Of a DNA stretch of 64,000 bases, positions 13,237 through 26,651 are shown in pieces. The notes under the pieces are model-generated. The model was not told the DNA's origin, made no database searches, and was given only the letters and a program-made list of their open reading frames with translations. The position numbers and the translations under genes were made by a program. Numbering within the stretch: the stretch's first letter is position 1; every line of letters begins with the position of its first letter. Origin of the DNA: Antechinus flavipes (lineage: Eukaryota); the NCBI RefSeq assembly GCF_016432865.1, contig NC_067400.1, positions 533,200,001 through 533,264,000 on the forward strand, written 5' to 3'.

Positions 13237-13725
13237 TATAATGCCAGAAAAACTGAGGCAAGATAGAGATTAGAGAATTTTTAATATTTTATTTGGATTT
13301 TTGAGAGGGAGAGATTGTGCTGGGGGCATGTTGCCCCCAGGGATGATGTCCAAAGCATCCAGCAGCGAATGTGAGTTCTCAATGACATATTTATAGCTCT
13401 TAGCTCAGGTAGCTAAACAAAGGCAGCGGGGAGGAGTGGAGTCCAAACTCTGGTGAGCAGGAATCTCCAGGCAGGGACCATTAATCCGGTTCTGACAGGT
13501 TGGGAGGGGTAGGACCACAAATTCTTACTAACAGGAGGAATTAGGAGCCAAAACACCTGAATTCCCACTTATTTTAAGTTTACATATTTACAATTTATAA
13601 CCTTAGAGTAATTAGCTCTGAATTATATCAGTCCTAATGAACCAGAGGGTTGCAACTAAGGAGATTGAGGCAGAACAATTAAGGGAAACTGAGGCAGAAC
13701 AATTAGAAGAGACTGTGGCACCACA
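13237..13725 (-). mobile_element. Solo LTR, copy 1 (ERV class I-like)
   Basis: Shares both ends with 23736-24330. Minus-strand TATAAAT at 13389-13395 and AATAAA at 13288-13293. U3 repeats gaaactgaggcagaacaatta. No clean TSD. Confidence 0.85.
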
Positions 13726-14659
13726 AATGAAGGGTCAGCTCTTTTTCAGAAACTGAAATAAAAGAGAAGAAATAGAGAACTCCCTGGGTGAGAAAATATT
13801 CTCTACCAGTACAGGTATGGCACCTTCTCTCTACTTATAATCTGAAAGCTTCCCAGATCAGAGATGTTAATTGACTTGCCCAGGATCATATAGCCAGTAT
13901 TTGTCAGAATTGGGACCTGAATAAAGGTCTTTTTTTGGCTTTGGAGTTAGGTCTCTATCCACTCGACTGTGCTGCCAATTAGCTAACAAATATCTATATG
14001 TGACTATTATATTCATAACATGTATCTATTATGTGCCTATCTATTATATTTGTAGAATATACAAACATACTGTGCTATGTTCTGGGGATACAGTAACAAA
14101 AATATTAAAGAGATGAAAAACTAAGTCACATATAGTTCATTGACAGCTACTGACAATAAGTTGACATTTATAGAATTCTATAAGCTGTGTGAAGCACTGT
14201 GTTATGATTCTCACAACAACCTCTATGGTGTAGGTAATGTTATGAATCCCATTTGACAGATGATTAAATGGAAGCACAAAACATTTGACACTTGACATGC
14301 CTTTAGTTACCCAACAATCAATGTTTTAGGGAAAAAATGAAGCCACTTCTTACAGATTCCAAATCTAACTTGCAATCTCTTCACTTTGCCAGTATCAGAG
14401 CCAGGATTCCTAATTTTAAGTCCAATAAATGTTCTCCAGGAAACTAGTGAGAGACTGTGATCTGAGTGGGTAAGACGAACTTGCATCAATGAAATAAAAA
14501 ATTCATCAGTATTGAGGCAAAAGGAAGGGTCTCCAAGTACTCAGATAAATTAACAGATCAATGCTGAATTAATAGAAGAACCTAAGATAATTTGAGTGAT
14601 TTTCTAATTTTTGAGGTTCAATTCAATAAATATTTAGTGAGCTTTTCCTCACAGGGTTG

Positions 14660-15060
14660 CAATGCCCCCAAAACTTCATCATCCTAGAAGCTAACTCCAA
14701 CCCTGGACTTCTCACACTGGAAGTATTTCCTACCTCTGCAGCTTCTTCTTCTGATTGGCTGGTTCCTCCCATAGACTCAATTTTAAAGAAGATACCTCAA
14801 GTCACCAAAGTATTCATTCATCTCCAGGCTACAATCCTGATTTTCTCTTGTATTTTTCTAGAATGCTTCCTAAACTGGGTACCTTCATTTCCCTACCCCA
14901 CTTCCAGTTTTCTAGCTTCTTTTTATATGTCTTCCTCCCTTAGAATCTAACCTTTTTAGGTGCAACTATTGTCTTTCTGCTTAGATTTGTATTCCCAGTG
15001 CTTAAGATAGTACCTGGTATATAGTAAGCACTTAATAAATGCTCAACTTGATTTGACCTA
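14660..15060 (+). mobile_element. L2 3' fragment
   Basis: Ends in the L2 tail cctggtatatagtaagcacttaataaatgc. Confidence 0.7.
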
Positions 15061-16539
15061 TGTGCTAAGCCAATTTCAAAACGATATGAAAATTAATGAC
15101 ATCATTCCCTCCTTTCTTATCTGATTGACATAGAAGGCAATGACCAAAGCCTTCTACAAATCTTGTTTTGGTGTGCTAGTCAGAAATTAAGCACCAGGTT
15201 GAATGAATCAAGCATTTGACCCCCATATGTTAATATTCTATCTCTCCTTACCCTGATCTTCATGTATCAAAAAGAAAGTTTGTGAAATTCCTTCTTTCTA
15301 TTTTTCTTGACAAAGATTTAATGGAAACTATTAAGTTAAACAATTTCAAGTTCCCTTTCCAGATCCTATATTCAAATCTTCTACAAATTTTGAGTATATA
15401 CAGCATGTCATGCATGGAGAATTAAATGCATCTATGATTTTGAGTTAGGAGGACCTAATTAAAATCCTATCTCAGACACTTAATAGCTCTCTGATCATGG
15501 ACAAATCACTTTCTGAATCTCTCACTTTCTTCACTTGTAAGAACAGGAGAATTATAGCACTTAAATCAAAGAATTGTTGAAAGGCACAAAATGAGATAAT
15601 GTATGTAAAGTGCTTTTTAAACCAGATAGTGCTATAAAAGTCTCAATTTATTATTATTATTATTTTGTTGTTATTATTAGTTAATCATTTGGTTTACTCT
15701 TTCTGAAGGCTTTTCTGTCATGACTACAGGAAGGAAGAAGATTCACACAAATGTCTTCAAAACTGTAGTCAGGTGCTGAGAAACCGATTGCCAGACTATT
15801 ATTTCAGCATCATTGGAGCTGTGAATGATAAGCTTCCTACTAAGACCTAATTTCCCATTGACTCACTTGAAAAAAAAGCTCAGCAGTTGTAGGATGATTT
15901 TCTAAGCCTCAGTAATTATTCCAGGTTAAAAAGGAAGTTCTTTTAGTAGCATATGCTAACCTTTTTCAGTGAGTGTTTCCATCAAGCCTCAATTATCTTT
16001 CCCTTTAGAATAATAGAATTTTAATAATCCTTTACATTTATATATGAGATAATTAAGATAATAATACTATAATATTTAGTGTTATAGATTATAATTACAT
16101 TATAGAAGATTCACAGACTTTCAGAGTTGGAAGAGAGCTTAAGGTCCATCTAGGTTTAGAGTCAGAAGGCTTGAGTTTCTGTATTGGCTCTGCCCCTTAT
16201 CACTTATATGACCTTGGTCAAGTCTTCCCTAACACCATTCCTTTTTGGATGATCTTCAATTTATCTTGTAGATAAATTGCATTTAACTGTGAAATCCTTG
16301 AGACCAAAGACTAGATGATTTTATTTTTTAACTGTTTTTGCTGTTATTGTTATGTTGGTTTTATTTTGTTATGTTTTGTTTTGTTTTTCCTTTCTTTTCA
16401 TTTCCTCTTTTTTAGCTAAATGGCTAGCATAAAATAGGTACTCATGTTGATGTCAATCTCTTCAGACCTGCTTTTTCATCTGTAAAATGAGTAGGTGAAC
16501 TAAACAACCTCAAAGCATCTACAATGATGCTCTTATAAT

Positions 16540-17430
16540 TTTTTACCAACCCACAATTTACTAGAAATATTCTCTCCAACATTCCCAACAAGGTGCCATC
16601 CTACCTTTACTTAAGGATCTCCATTGAATCCAATATCTTTTGAGACAGTCTATTCTTCTATGGAATAAGTCATGCTAATTATGAGGAAGTTTTTCTTATT
16701 TTAAACCTAAATCAGCCTAATTTTTATCAAATTGTTCTAATTCTGTCCTCTGAAAACCAACTCAACAAATCTAATCTTTCTTCCACATTGTAAGCCTTCA
16801 TATAACACAATCTGTCCAAAATATTCCCTCTTCCAATCTACTCCAATACAAACTATTTCAACTTTTTGCCTCAACTTCATATGGAACAGTTTCAGTTTCC
16901 CTCTCACCACTCTGATCTCTCTTTTCTACATGCTCTTCAGCTTATTAATGTTTTTCTTAAAATGGGCTGTACAGAAGTGAATAACATACTTCCAGTGTGG
17001 CCTAGATATCACAAGGACCCTTGGATCACTTGACAAGAAGAATGTATAAGACAACCATTTCCCTCATTCCAAGCATTATGCTTCTTTTAATGTCTCTAAG
17101 ATCCCATTACCTTTTCTCTTCTTTCTTTTTTCTTTCTTTCTTTCTTTTTTTTTTTTTTGGGGGGGGGGCTGCTGTAGTTTTGGCAGAGCCAAAGATCTTT
17201 TTTACAAGAATAGTTGTGTAACTTCATTTTTATTGTTATGTTTGTGAAACTAATTGTTTTTAACCTGAATGAAGATTTTTACAATTATCAAAATTTAATT
17301 TTCTTTTCATTAAAATTAGCCTTTCATTCTAATCTATCAGGTATTTTGAGGACATTGTGTCTGTCATCCAGGGGCTTAGCTATCCCTCCTTACTTTCTAT
17401 AAATTCCATATTTGATAATCTTACTATTTA
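16540..17430 (-). mobile_element. L3/CR1 LINE relic
   Basis: gaggaagtttttcttatt..tttcttaaaatgggctgtacagaagtgaataacatacttccagtgtggcc..ttagctatccctcc. Confidence 0.65.
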
Positions 17431-18525
17431 GACATTGTTCTTTAATGATGACAAAGTATTTTTATGTATAGCTAGTCCTGCTTAGTGTGAATAATGAACC
17501 TAGGAAGCAGTTCTATTATTTGAATTCATCCTGCATAATTCCATTGGATTGGAACTAATTGCCATATTAACTTCAAATAGTGCAAAGTTGAATACATGTG
17601 ACCATTTAAGGTATTTGAGCTAATTGAAACAGCTATAACTCATTCTATTTTGTCCTCATAATTACCCTATGTAGCAATGAATTAGTCTGACATCCCACCC
17701 CTAGTACAAATTTGAATTAGTGCAATTTCTCTACATTTATAGGATTTTTCCTTAAAATGAAAAAATTTATCAAGTTCTACTATCTAGGCTTAAAATGAGC
17801 TATTTATTGTAATCCCATGATACACTGAGGAGGACTCACAATGGAACTTCTGGAACCACAAGAATATAAAGATATAAATTATGGATTATTCTGAAAACAG
17901 CTGACAGGGAAGTAGAGAACAAAAAATATTTTGGCTATATATGTAAAATTCACAGATTAAAAGTAGTCTCCAAATTTGAGGAAGTAGGTTCATAATATCA
18001 CATGAAATCCATTAGGCAAATAAAGTGTTCCTATTTGACTTTACCATACACTGTCTCAGATCCATCTGTCAACAATGACCAAGTTAGACTCAATTTCCTG
18101 AAGCAATGATATAATGTGAAAACAGTTCTTTGACATTTCAAAAAATCTGTAATTTCTTCCATTTGAGTTCTATGCTACCAATGAAGGTCTATGTCTTCTA
18201 TACTATAGTAGGCAACCCTTGTGAATTATTGGTGTCAAAAATTTCCAATATTCACAGACTAATATAATCATTAATTCATCCAAACATAAGGTAAACGAGT
18301 ACTCACTTAAGACTTCCTCAGCTGACCCTTCCCAGCTTTATTAGTTATGCTATTCTGGCATAACTTCCAAGAACTCAGGTATTACCACAATGAGACACTG
18401 AAAAGAATGATAGAGGAGAATATACAAGGAAAAACAAAACCAAAAAAGGAGTGAATCAACCGACATTTTTTATTGACTTTCTATATGCCAAGTGTTATAA
18501 TAAAGGATAGGGACACAAAAATAGC

Positions 18526-18572
<47 letters not shown>
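18526..18572. repeat. (AGAT)n microsatellite inside an antisense L2 tail (~18470-18790)
   Basis: About 11 perfect AGAT units. Confidence 0.95.
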
Positions 18573-19789
18573 AAAAAGAATAATCCCTATTTCAAGGAAC
18601 TCATAGTTTAATAAGGGACATACAATATGTAAATCAAGGAACACAAAAAAAATACATAATATATGGAAGGTCATATTAGAATGGTACACTACAGAACCTT
18701 GGAAGACAAAAGTGGGGTAGATTTTGATGGAACTTAGAATTTGAGTTGAATTTTAGAGGTAACCAGGGATTCCAAGGGGCAGAAGTGAGGAGCTAAGTTT
18801 ATTTTTAGACTACAAGCACAATTGAAAACCCACTTGTTAGATTTGAGGGCATTTAATGGGACAATCACACACTACTGTCCTTTAACAACAAGATACCTAG
18901 TTGGAGAGGAAAATAACCATTAAATTAGTGTACCTTATCTAAACTACAAGGGAAGAGCAGTCTTTTCTTGCAATTTTCCACAGCCTAATACCCCAATACT
19001 TTGAGACACAGCAGTGGTTCCACAGCCTAATAAGCAAAGAAAATACAAGCCCTCATTAAGAAATATGTACTCAGAACTAATCTCAGTAGCCAAACATCTC
19101 TGTGGGCAGAAGTTGGATTGGAGGGAATAGAATTTAGTGTAGGCACCATTTAATTATGGTAATCATCTCTGCCTTGGCTTCAGCTTTGCACCTTGCAATT
19201 TTCTGATATAATACAACCATACCTAATATTTATTTTGACTCTTATTTCTTTCTAACTGGTTTAGATAAAAGCTGGCTGAATATGGACCCCAAAGTGGTTT
19301 GCAAAATGTATCCTATTCAAAGACTTTATTCCATAGTCCAAGTTTGCCAAAAGATGAATTAAACAGCATTTAATAACTTTCCATCAACATTTAAAAGATG
19401 TGGGATTTTATCACTATGGGTCCTCTCTCCAACACTACAGATGATGGCCACTGGACACCTTAGTAAATGGGCTTTGTGAGTGGTCATAGCCAAAACCATT
19501 AACTATCATTTAGTTGCCTTTGTTGTGATAAACTTCTCTGGATTTAGCTTGGATGGTCCCCAAGTACAATAAAGTCACTGGATCTCTATCTAATGCCTTT
19601 GTGACTTAGCAGGACCTGAAGAAGCATTTTTCTGCCAAAGTTCAGCATCCATTCTATATTATAGAAAGGCATTCAAGTAGAACTGCAATGAAATAGTCAT
19701 GTAATTAATTGAAAGTTTTTCAGCTTAGCTCACCTCATTTTATGTGGTAACTAGCTATATGACTGATTATGTCCAAAGCTCCAATACAT

Positions 19790-20150
19790 TCAAGAGGCAT
19801 TTAGTAAACACTTACTATGTGCCAAGCATCATGCTAACTTATAAGAATAAAATGAAGGTAAAAATAGCCACTATCTTCAAGGAGCTACCATTCAAATGGG
19901 GGAGAAAATATGTAAATTACTATGCATATACAAGTTATAGACAATATAAATAGAAAGTATTCTCTGAAGGAAAGGAAAAGTTAATGGAGAGGAAAACCAG
20001 GAGGAGAAAAAAAAGGAAAGCAGATGGGCTCAGCTGGGACAGACCTCTTGCAAAAGATAAGATTTGATCTGAGTCTTGAGGAAAACCAAAGTAACTGGAG
20101 TCAGAGGTGAGGAGAGAAAGCATTTCAGACATGGGTGACAGCCAGAAAAA
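19790..20150 (-). mobile_element. L2 3' fragment
   Basis: catttagtaaacacttactatgtgccaagc..ttcaaggagct..gaaagcatttcagacatgg. Confidence 0.7.
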
Positions 20151-22019
20151 CAGATGCAGAAGATGGAATAACTAGAATCAAAATTTACAAAAACAGCTCT
20201 TTGGCAGTAATTGAGTATGCTACTGATTACTATATACCTGAATATTTCCCTAGCATTCGGGTCCTACATTTCTCACCAGGTTGTCCTCCAGACTTTTCCC
20301 CAATTAGACTGTGAACTCAAGGGAAAAGACCACATGTTTGTCCTTCTTTGTATCCTTAGAACTTAGTACAGTTTCTGGTATATAGAAAGAGCTTATAAAT
20401 GTTTGTTTACTGACTGACTATAGCAATACATATGGTATTCAAAAGCAATGGTAACAGAGTGATGATTTTATAGAGCTGAGAAGATTTCAAAAATCATGTA
20501 AATAAACTCTATCTTATCACCCAGAGAGATGATATGATTCAATTAGAATGACACGGTCAATTAGCTATTAATCATCACCTAATAGGCCTTTGTCAAATCA
20601 GATCTACCATTTGCTACAATTAATCTTACAAAGTTGCTTCAGGAAATGAAAAGCTAAGTGACTTGTTCAGAGTCACACATTTGTATATATCAAAGTAAGG
20701 ACTCCAATCCATCTTTCTGACCCCACTGGAAAGCTCTCTATCTATTCTATCTTCATCACTGAGTATAATTATAAATAGTGATCAGCTAAACCTTGATCTT
20801 GGAGATATCCCAGTTTGATTCAGATATTTTTCACAACTCCTGACTAATCACAATCTACTCAGTATCTATTAATCATTATTCTTTCAAAAGAATTCCCCAG
20901 ATCTAGCATGCTCTCTGTAGTTAGGTGCATTTTCAAGGTAATTGAGCCTATAGCTTGATTTTACATCCACTCAATCAAAACTAATCATTAATGATGAACC
21001 ATTTCTCTAGTTTTAAGTCTGCCCTTAATAAACTTCTGCCAAAGGCTTCGTAAAGGTTCAAAAACTATTATTTTGAAGAAGTGATTTTGGGAAGGTAGAA
21101 AGTCTTTTCAATAATACCGGATACAATGACACAAAGAAAAAATTCAACATTAAAAAACCAAACTTCAAAAATGTCATCATAGTACAACCCAGACAATTAT
21201 AAAATAAGGCAGTACATAATGAAGTATTAACATCAGTAATAGATGATAAGTTTAAAGGAGCTGAGCTCAGTGAGGGCTGGAATCATAATTATAAAAGAAT
21301 GTTAAGACAAAACAAAAAAGTTGCTATGACAAAAATTAAAATTTCCTTTTTTTAGGAAAATGATTTGTTATATTCATTCAAAACCTCCTCGTTTTAGAAA
21401 AAGAAAATAATCTGGAAAGATTCCTTGAGCTTGTTCTAATGTATACTGGCAATTTCAAAGTATCAAAATTCCAAGAGATCAGAGTGCCACAGGATTCCAA
21501 GGGACTTTAGAGAACTGCCATTTCAACAGATCTCCTTCCATTCAACAAGTAGTCATGTAACCTTTTTTTTTTTTTTTTGAGACTTCATATGAGGGAGAAT
21601 TCCCATGTGAACATTTTTCTCTCAAAAAAAATTTGTTGTTTCCTAAGAGCCCATTTAAATAATTAAATTTTTCCAGGAAATTATTTTTCATAATTAAAGT
21701 CATTATAACTCAGTGGGGGGGGGGTAAGTCAGTACCTTATCATTAACAGTGGACAAGCCATAAAATATATTTCAGAGAAGAAACATCTTGTCAATGATAT
21801 TCAGTTTGCTGTCTTGTCAGCAATATTGTGTACAGTAAATTAAAATTTTATCATGACAACATTTCAGCCCTATTGCTCTATGCATAATTCATCTTTGACA
21901 CTTCAAAAAACAACCATACATATATTAGACTAATCAGAGTAAGATATACTACTTACTTTTTCACTGTATACAAACAAGAATTCTCTAATCCCCTAGAGAT
22001 GAGATTAGCAGAAGTCAAG

Positions 22020-22640
22020 GTGGCCGCATGGGATACTGAATAGAAAGCTGGACTTCAAATCACAAAGATCCTACTTCAACTCCTATATCCAATATTTATT
22101 AGAAATGAGACCCAATCATCTAACAGCTTTGATCTTGGTTTCCTCATCTGCAAAATAAAGCTGATTAAGATCTATTCTAATATTCAGGAGTATTTGAGGC
22201 TAGATACTCACAATGTGATCTTACACAAGTTACTTAATATTGGTTTGTCTCAATTATAAAGTAAAGACAAAAACAGTTCCTACCATATATGATTATTGTA
22301 AAGATCAGATGAGATAGTGTTAGTGAAGCACTTGGCAGAATGTCAGGCACATAATAGGTACAATATAAATACTTATTCTTTTGTTTCCTTTCCTTCCTTC
22401 CTTCCTTCCATATTCCAAGGTTGTCATGAAGATAAAAATGAGATAATATTTATAAAATGCTTTGCAAATCTTTTAGCATTATATAAAGACTAATTATTAT
22501 TATTGTGAGAGATTGATTAAATCATAGATTTAGAGTTTAAAAGGAGCTTGGAATTCATTAAATCTAATGCCCTCCTTGTATAGATGAAGAAATTAAGGCC
22601 CAGGGAGGTTAAGTCATTTGGCTAAGGTTAGGATCACACA
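22020..22640. mobile_element. Cluster of MIR/MAR-type SINE fragments
   Basis: Repeated cores (ggtttcctcatctgcaaaat; atcagatgagatag; gatgaagaaattaaggccc). Confidence 0.65.
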
Positions 22641-22914
22641 ACCATGGTCTGAGACAACATGTATTTTTAGAGTGAATACCCACATAGACCCCAGTTCTAT
22701 TTGAGTATACAATAGGAATTAATATTTAAAAGTAACCTTGGAGATCTCTTAGTCTAAATGCCTAATGAATGAGTGAACCTCCTAACAAAATACTCTGACA
22801 AATGGCCATCTACCTTCCATTTCAAGATATCCTGTGATGAAAAATTCATTACACCTCAAGAAAACTCACTCCTATTTCATAAGGGTTAAATTATTAAGAA
22901 ATACCTTCTACGTC

Positions 22915-23640
22915 TACCAACTGGGGAATGACTGGACAAATTTTTATATATATTTATAATGGAATACTATTGTGCTATAAAAAAATCACAATCAGGAGAA
23001 TTTCAGGAAAACCTGAAAAGACTTACATAAACTGAAGCAAAGTGAAGTGAACATAGCCAGAAGAACACTGTACACAATAACAACAATATTATACAATGAA
23101 CAATTATGACTGACAGCTTTTCTCAGCAATTCAATACTGCAAAATAATCCCAAATAACTCATGAAAAATGCTATCTATCTCCAGAGCGGGGGAAAAAAAA
23201 ACTCATGGGGTCTGAATACAGATCAAAGCAAAGTGTCTTTAACTTTCTTTTTCTCAGAGTACTTTTTGTTTATTTATTTTTAGTCTGTGCTTTCTTTCAC
23301 AACATAATATGGAAATGTTGTTTGTCCTTCACTCTTCAATATCTTGACAACAGGGAGGTGATGCCATGACACGCAAGTGAAGTGGATTTAACTGAAGGAG
23401 TTCTGTACAAAGTCACCACTCTCACTTTCTCCTCCAGAGCCTTGTGTGTCCAACAGCAAAATATAGTTCAGGACAACTGGAGATGGCCCTCAATAGGGAA
23501 ACGTTTTCATGATTGAACATATATAACCGATATCAATTTTTTTTTACTGTGTCAGGGAATAGAAACAAGAGGGAAAAAAAGAATTCATAACAATTTTTAA
23601 GTGAACACTAAAAATTGTTTTACATGTAAATAGAATATCA
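22915..23640 (+). mobile_element. Old L1 3' fragment
   Basis: aatggaatactattgtgctataa..gacttacataaactgaagcaaagtgaagtga; split by a SINE. Confidence 0.8.
23320..23492 (-). mobile_element. RTE-related marsupial SINE nested in L1
   Basis: gttgtttgtccttcactc..gaggtgatgccatgac..gtcaccactctcactttctcctccagagcc. Flanks tatggaaatgtt / tagggaaacgtt look like a degraded TSD. A related copy lies at ~28080-28320. Confidence 0.65.
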
Positions 23641-23735
23641 TCCTAATTTTTTTTAAAGAACTATTCTCTTCTCTCTGAATGAAATCTTCCTCACTTCTAT
23701 TTAACCCCAGGGACTAATGTTCTTTTGCCTTCTAG

Positions 23736-24330
23736 TATAATGCTGGAGAAACTGAGGCAAGATAGAGATTAGAGAGTTTTTAATATTTTATTAATTGAAG
23801 AGTATGACTGACTGGACAAGATGCTCGTCTCAAAGTATCCAGTGACGAATGGAAGAATCCCAAATCTTTTTATACTTTTTTTAAACAAAAAAGGGGAAAG
23901 AAGTGGGAAACTTCTTTACAGACACATTTGGTTCTATCAGGATGGGGGGAGGCTATAAATTCTTACTAAAAGCCAGAATCAGGATGTTTGAATAAACAGA
24001 AGTAAAGATGTCAATGAGGTATCCGGGATATTCTTATCTTTTGGAATATTTTAGAGGGGTAGTGTCATAAATTCTTGAGGGCAGAAGGAGTTAGGAGTCA
24101 GGAAGTCTGATCTCCTCCTCATCTTGAGTCTTACATTGACAATTTATAACCTTAGAGCAAATGGTCCTCAGTCTTAATGGACCAGAGGGGGATTTTACAA
24201 CTAAGAGGACTGAGGCAGAACAGTTAAGGAAACTGAGGTAGAACAATTCAGGGAAACTCAGTCAATACAATAAGGGAAAGTAATGCAGGGAAACTGAGGT
24301 AGAACAGTTCAAAGAGACTGTGGCATAACA
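23736..24330 (-). mobile_element. Solo LTR, copy 2 (ERV class I-like)
   Basis: Exact 4-bp TSD ctag at 23732-23735 and 24331-24334. Minus-strand TATAAAAA at 23867-23874 and AATAAA at 23787-23792. Confidence 0.9.
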
Positions 24331-26651
24331 CTAGAACCACACACATAAAGTATATTTCTACTTGTACAATACAACCAGATAGATATTTAGGGATATTAAC
24401 TGTATTCAATAAATATTTTGGCACCTATATCACTTTTTTGAATAATATGGATAATTTGAAAGAGGATTAGAGAGGAGAGGCAAAAATTAAATACTTTCAT
24501 TAATAATGATTGAAATTCATACACTGGGACACATGAATGAAGGTGATATTTGAGGTCAGTTCTCAAATCACACTATACAAATATCTACCTATTTCATTCA
24601 TTTAGACCATTCTATCTAAAAACATTCTGACCTGATGAGCATATTCTTAATTAAAAGTTAACAAGATCAGATTCCAATTCTCTTTATTAAAATGGGGATT
24701 TGAAATATCCACTCACTATGATGGGAGAGAGAAAGCAAGGATACTGTCATGCAAAAGCATCAGAGAATATTACAGTCAGAAAAGGTCTTAGAGATCAACT
24801 GGACCTGAACCCTTATTTTACACTTGGGGAAATTGATTTCCAGAGAGGAGCAAGGATTTCCCTGCATTAGTGCAAAATCAAGCTAAAGTTCATTCTCCTG
24901 ACACTAAGGTCAATATTATTCCCACTACATCACTATGAACAATAATGATAATCACATCCTATTATGTAATCTTTTAAGGTTCACAAACTGCGTTCCTAAT
25001 AACGTTCTAAGGTATCCTGCTTATTTCACAAATTTGGAAACTGAACATCAGAGGGTTGCTCTTGGTTATTCAACAATAGCCATTTAGGAGGCACCGTGAA
25101 GAGAGCACTAAACCTAGAATGGAGGAAGACGAGTTGAAATTCTACTTCAGATATTTACTAGCTCTGTGCAAGTCTTTGACATCAGTCTACTTCAGTTTCT
25201 TAATCAACAAAATAGGGATATAATAGCAGCTATCTCACAGGTTTCTCTTGAAGATAAAATGAGATATTTGTAAACTTTAAAGTGCATTGTAAATGTGTTA
25301 CTATTATTTAAAAGTTGCAAGTTAGTAAATTGTTTATTAGTGCAATTTGCATTGATATGCACTTATTAATTAGTTGAAACATCAAGATTCAAACCCTGGG
25401 TTCTCTATTCCCAGACTACTGATTTTTCCATTATACTCTGATGCCTTTTTACATGTGCCTGATTCAATTATCTTCAATAGGATTGTAGTATTTAGAATTA
25501 GAAGAGACTATCTAGAACAAGCTCCTCCCTTTATAGATGAGGAAACTGTGGTCTTGAGAAGATAAGTGGTTTGTCTATAGTCATACAGGCACTAGAAAGG
25601 AGAAGCACAATTCAAGGTTGATTAAAAAAAAAAATAAAATCTGCCTCATCTAAGTAGGAACAAAGGCCCATAGAGGCCCTTAAAAATCAGCTTCCAAAGC
25701 TCTAGCATGTTTCTTGTTGAAGGCAGTTATGGTCATATTTTCAGTTGTTATCAATTCAAATAGTCCCAGTAGGGAGACTAATGTGCATAAAATGTATGCT
25801 GAGCCAGGTTAAATGGATTTTCAGGTAAGGGAATAATATTATTAACATGATCCATAATTATCATGCAAATAAACAGTCGCTGGAGAACCATAGAGGTCCT
25901 GGATGAGAGGTGAAATGGCCGGCCTCCTACAATAGATTTACCATACAAATAAGTAATTGCAAACAAAGGGAAAGGTCTGAGTGGGCCCTAAGGACAGGTA
26001 ATAAGAGGGATGAGTCCTTCAATTGTTCTTGTCCTTAGTGGAAAGGGGGCCTATAAACAGAGCCTGAATATACCCTCACTCGTTCCCCAATACATTTGGA
26101 ACCCCTCTGGAGCAATTAAAGCTTGGGCCCTTGGACAAAGAGCACAAACATTCCTCTGGAGGTCAAAAGAGGGACAATGAGTAAGAAGAAATGGGCAGAA
26201 CTCACTTGGGGAAATCTTTTGTGTCCAATTACTACCACAACCACTACTACCACCACTACCACCACCACCACCACCACGACCTAAATTACCAAGGTTTATT
26301 GTTTATAAGCTAACTAAAGGACTACATGTATTATTAGCACCCAATAAATTTTAGGGCCTGGGGCAGAATTCTGCTTTTTTCATCTTAGTTCAGAGTGAAT
26401 ACTGGTGGTAGAATTATTATTGAAAGATTAGAAATAAACACTAAACTAGAAATAAAAACAATCTGGATTCTCACTTCAAATTTCCTATTTCATAGCAATG
26501 TGACCTTGAGGGAAGTCACTCATTCTCTTGATTTCATTTTCTGCATCTGTGAAAAGAGTATTGGACTATATGATTTATAAGGTTGCCCCACTCCACCTCT
26601 GCTTCAAGTTCTGAAGCACACAATGCCTGTGTCTTAGAAAAGAGATCATTT

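Larger units (their letters stand above)
11540..13830 (-). mobile_element. Long L2 relic interrupted by a hAT MITE and an LTR
   Basis: Purine-rich antisense L2 phrases (tcattttggtggctctgtcaagg; gatttggcaattaagggattactggtgattttgg). Confidence 0.7.
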
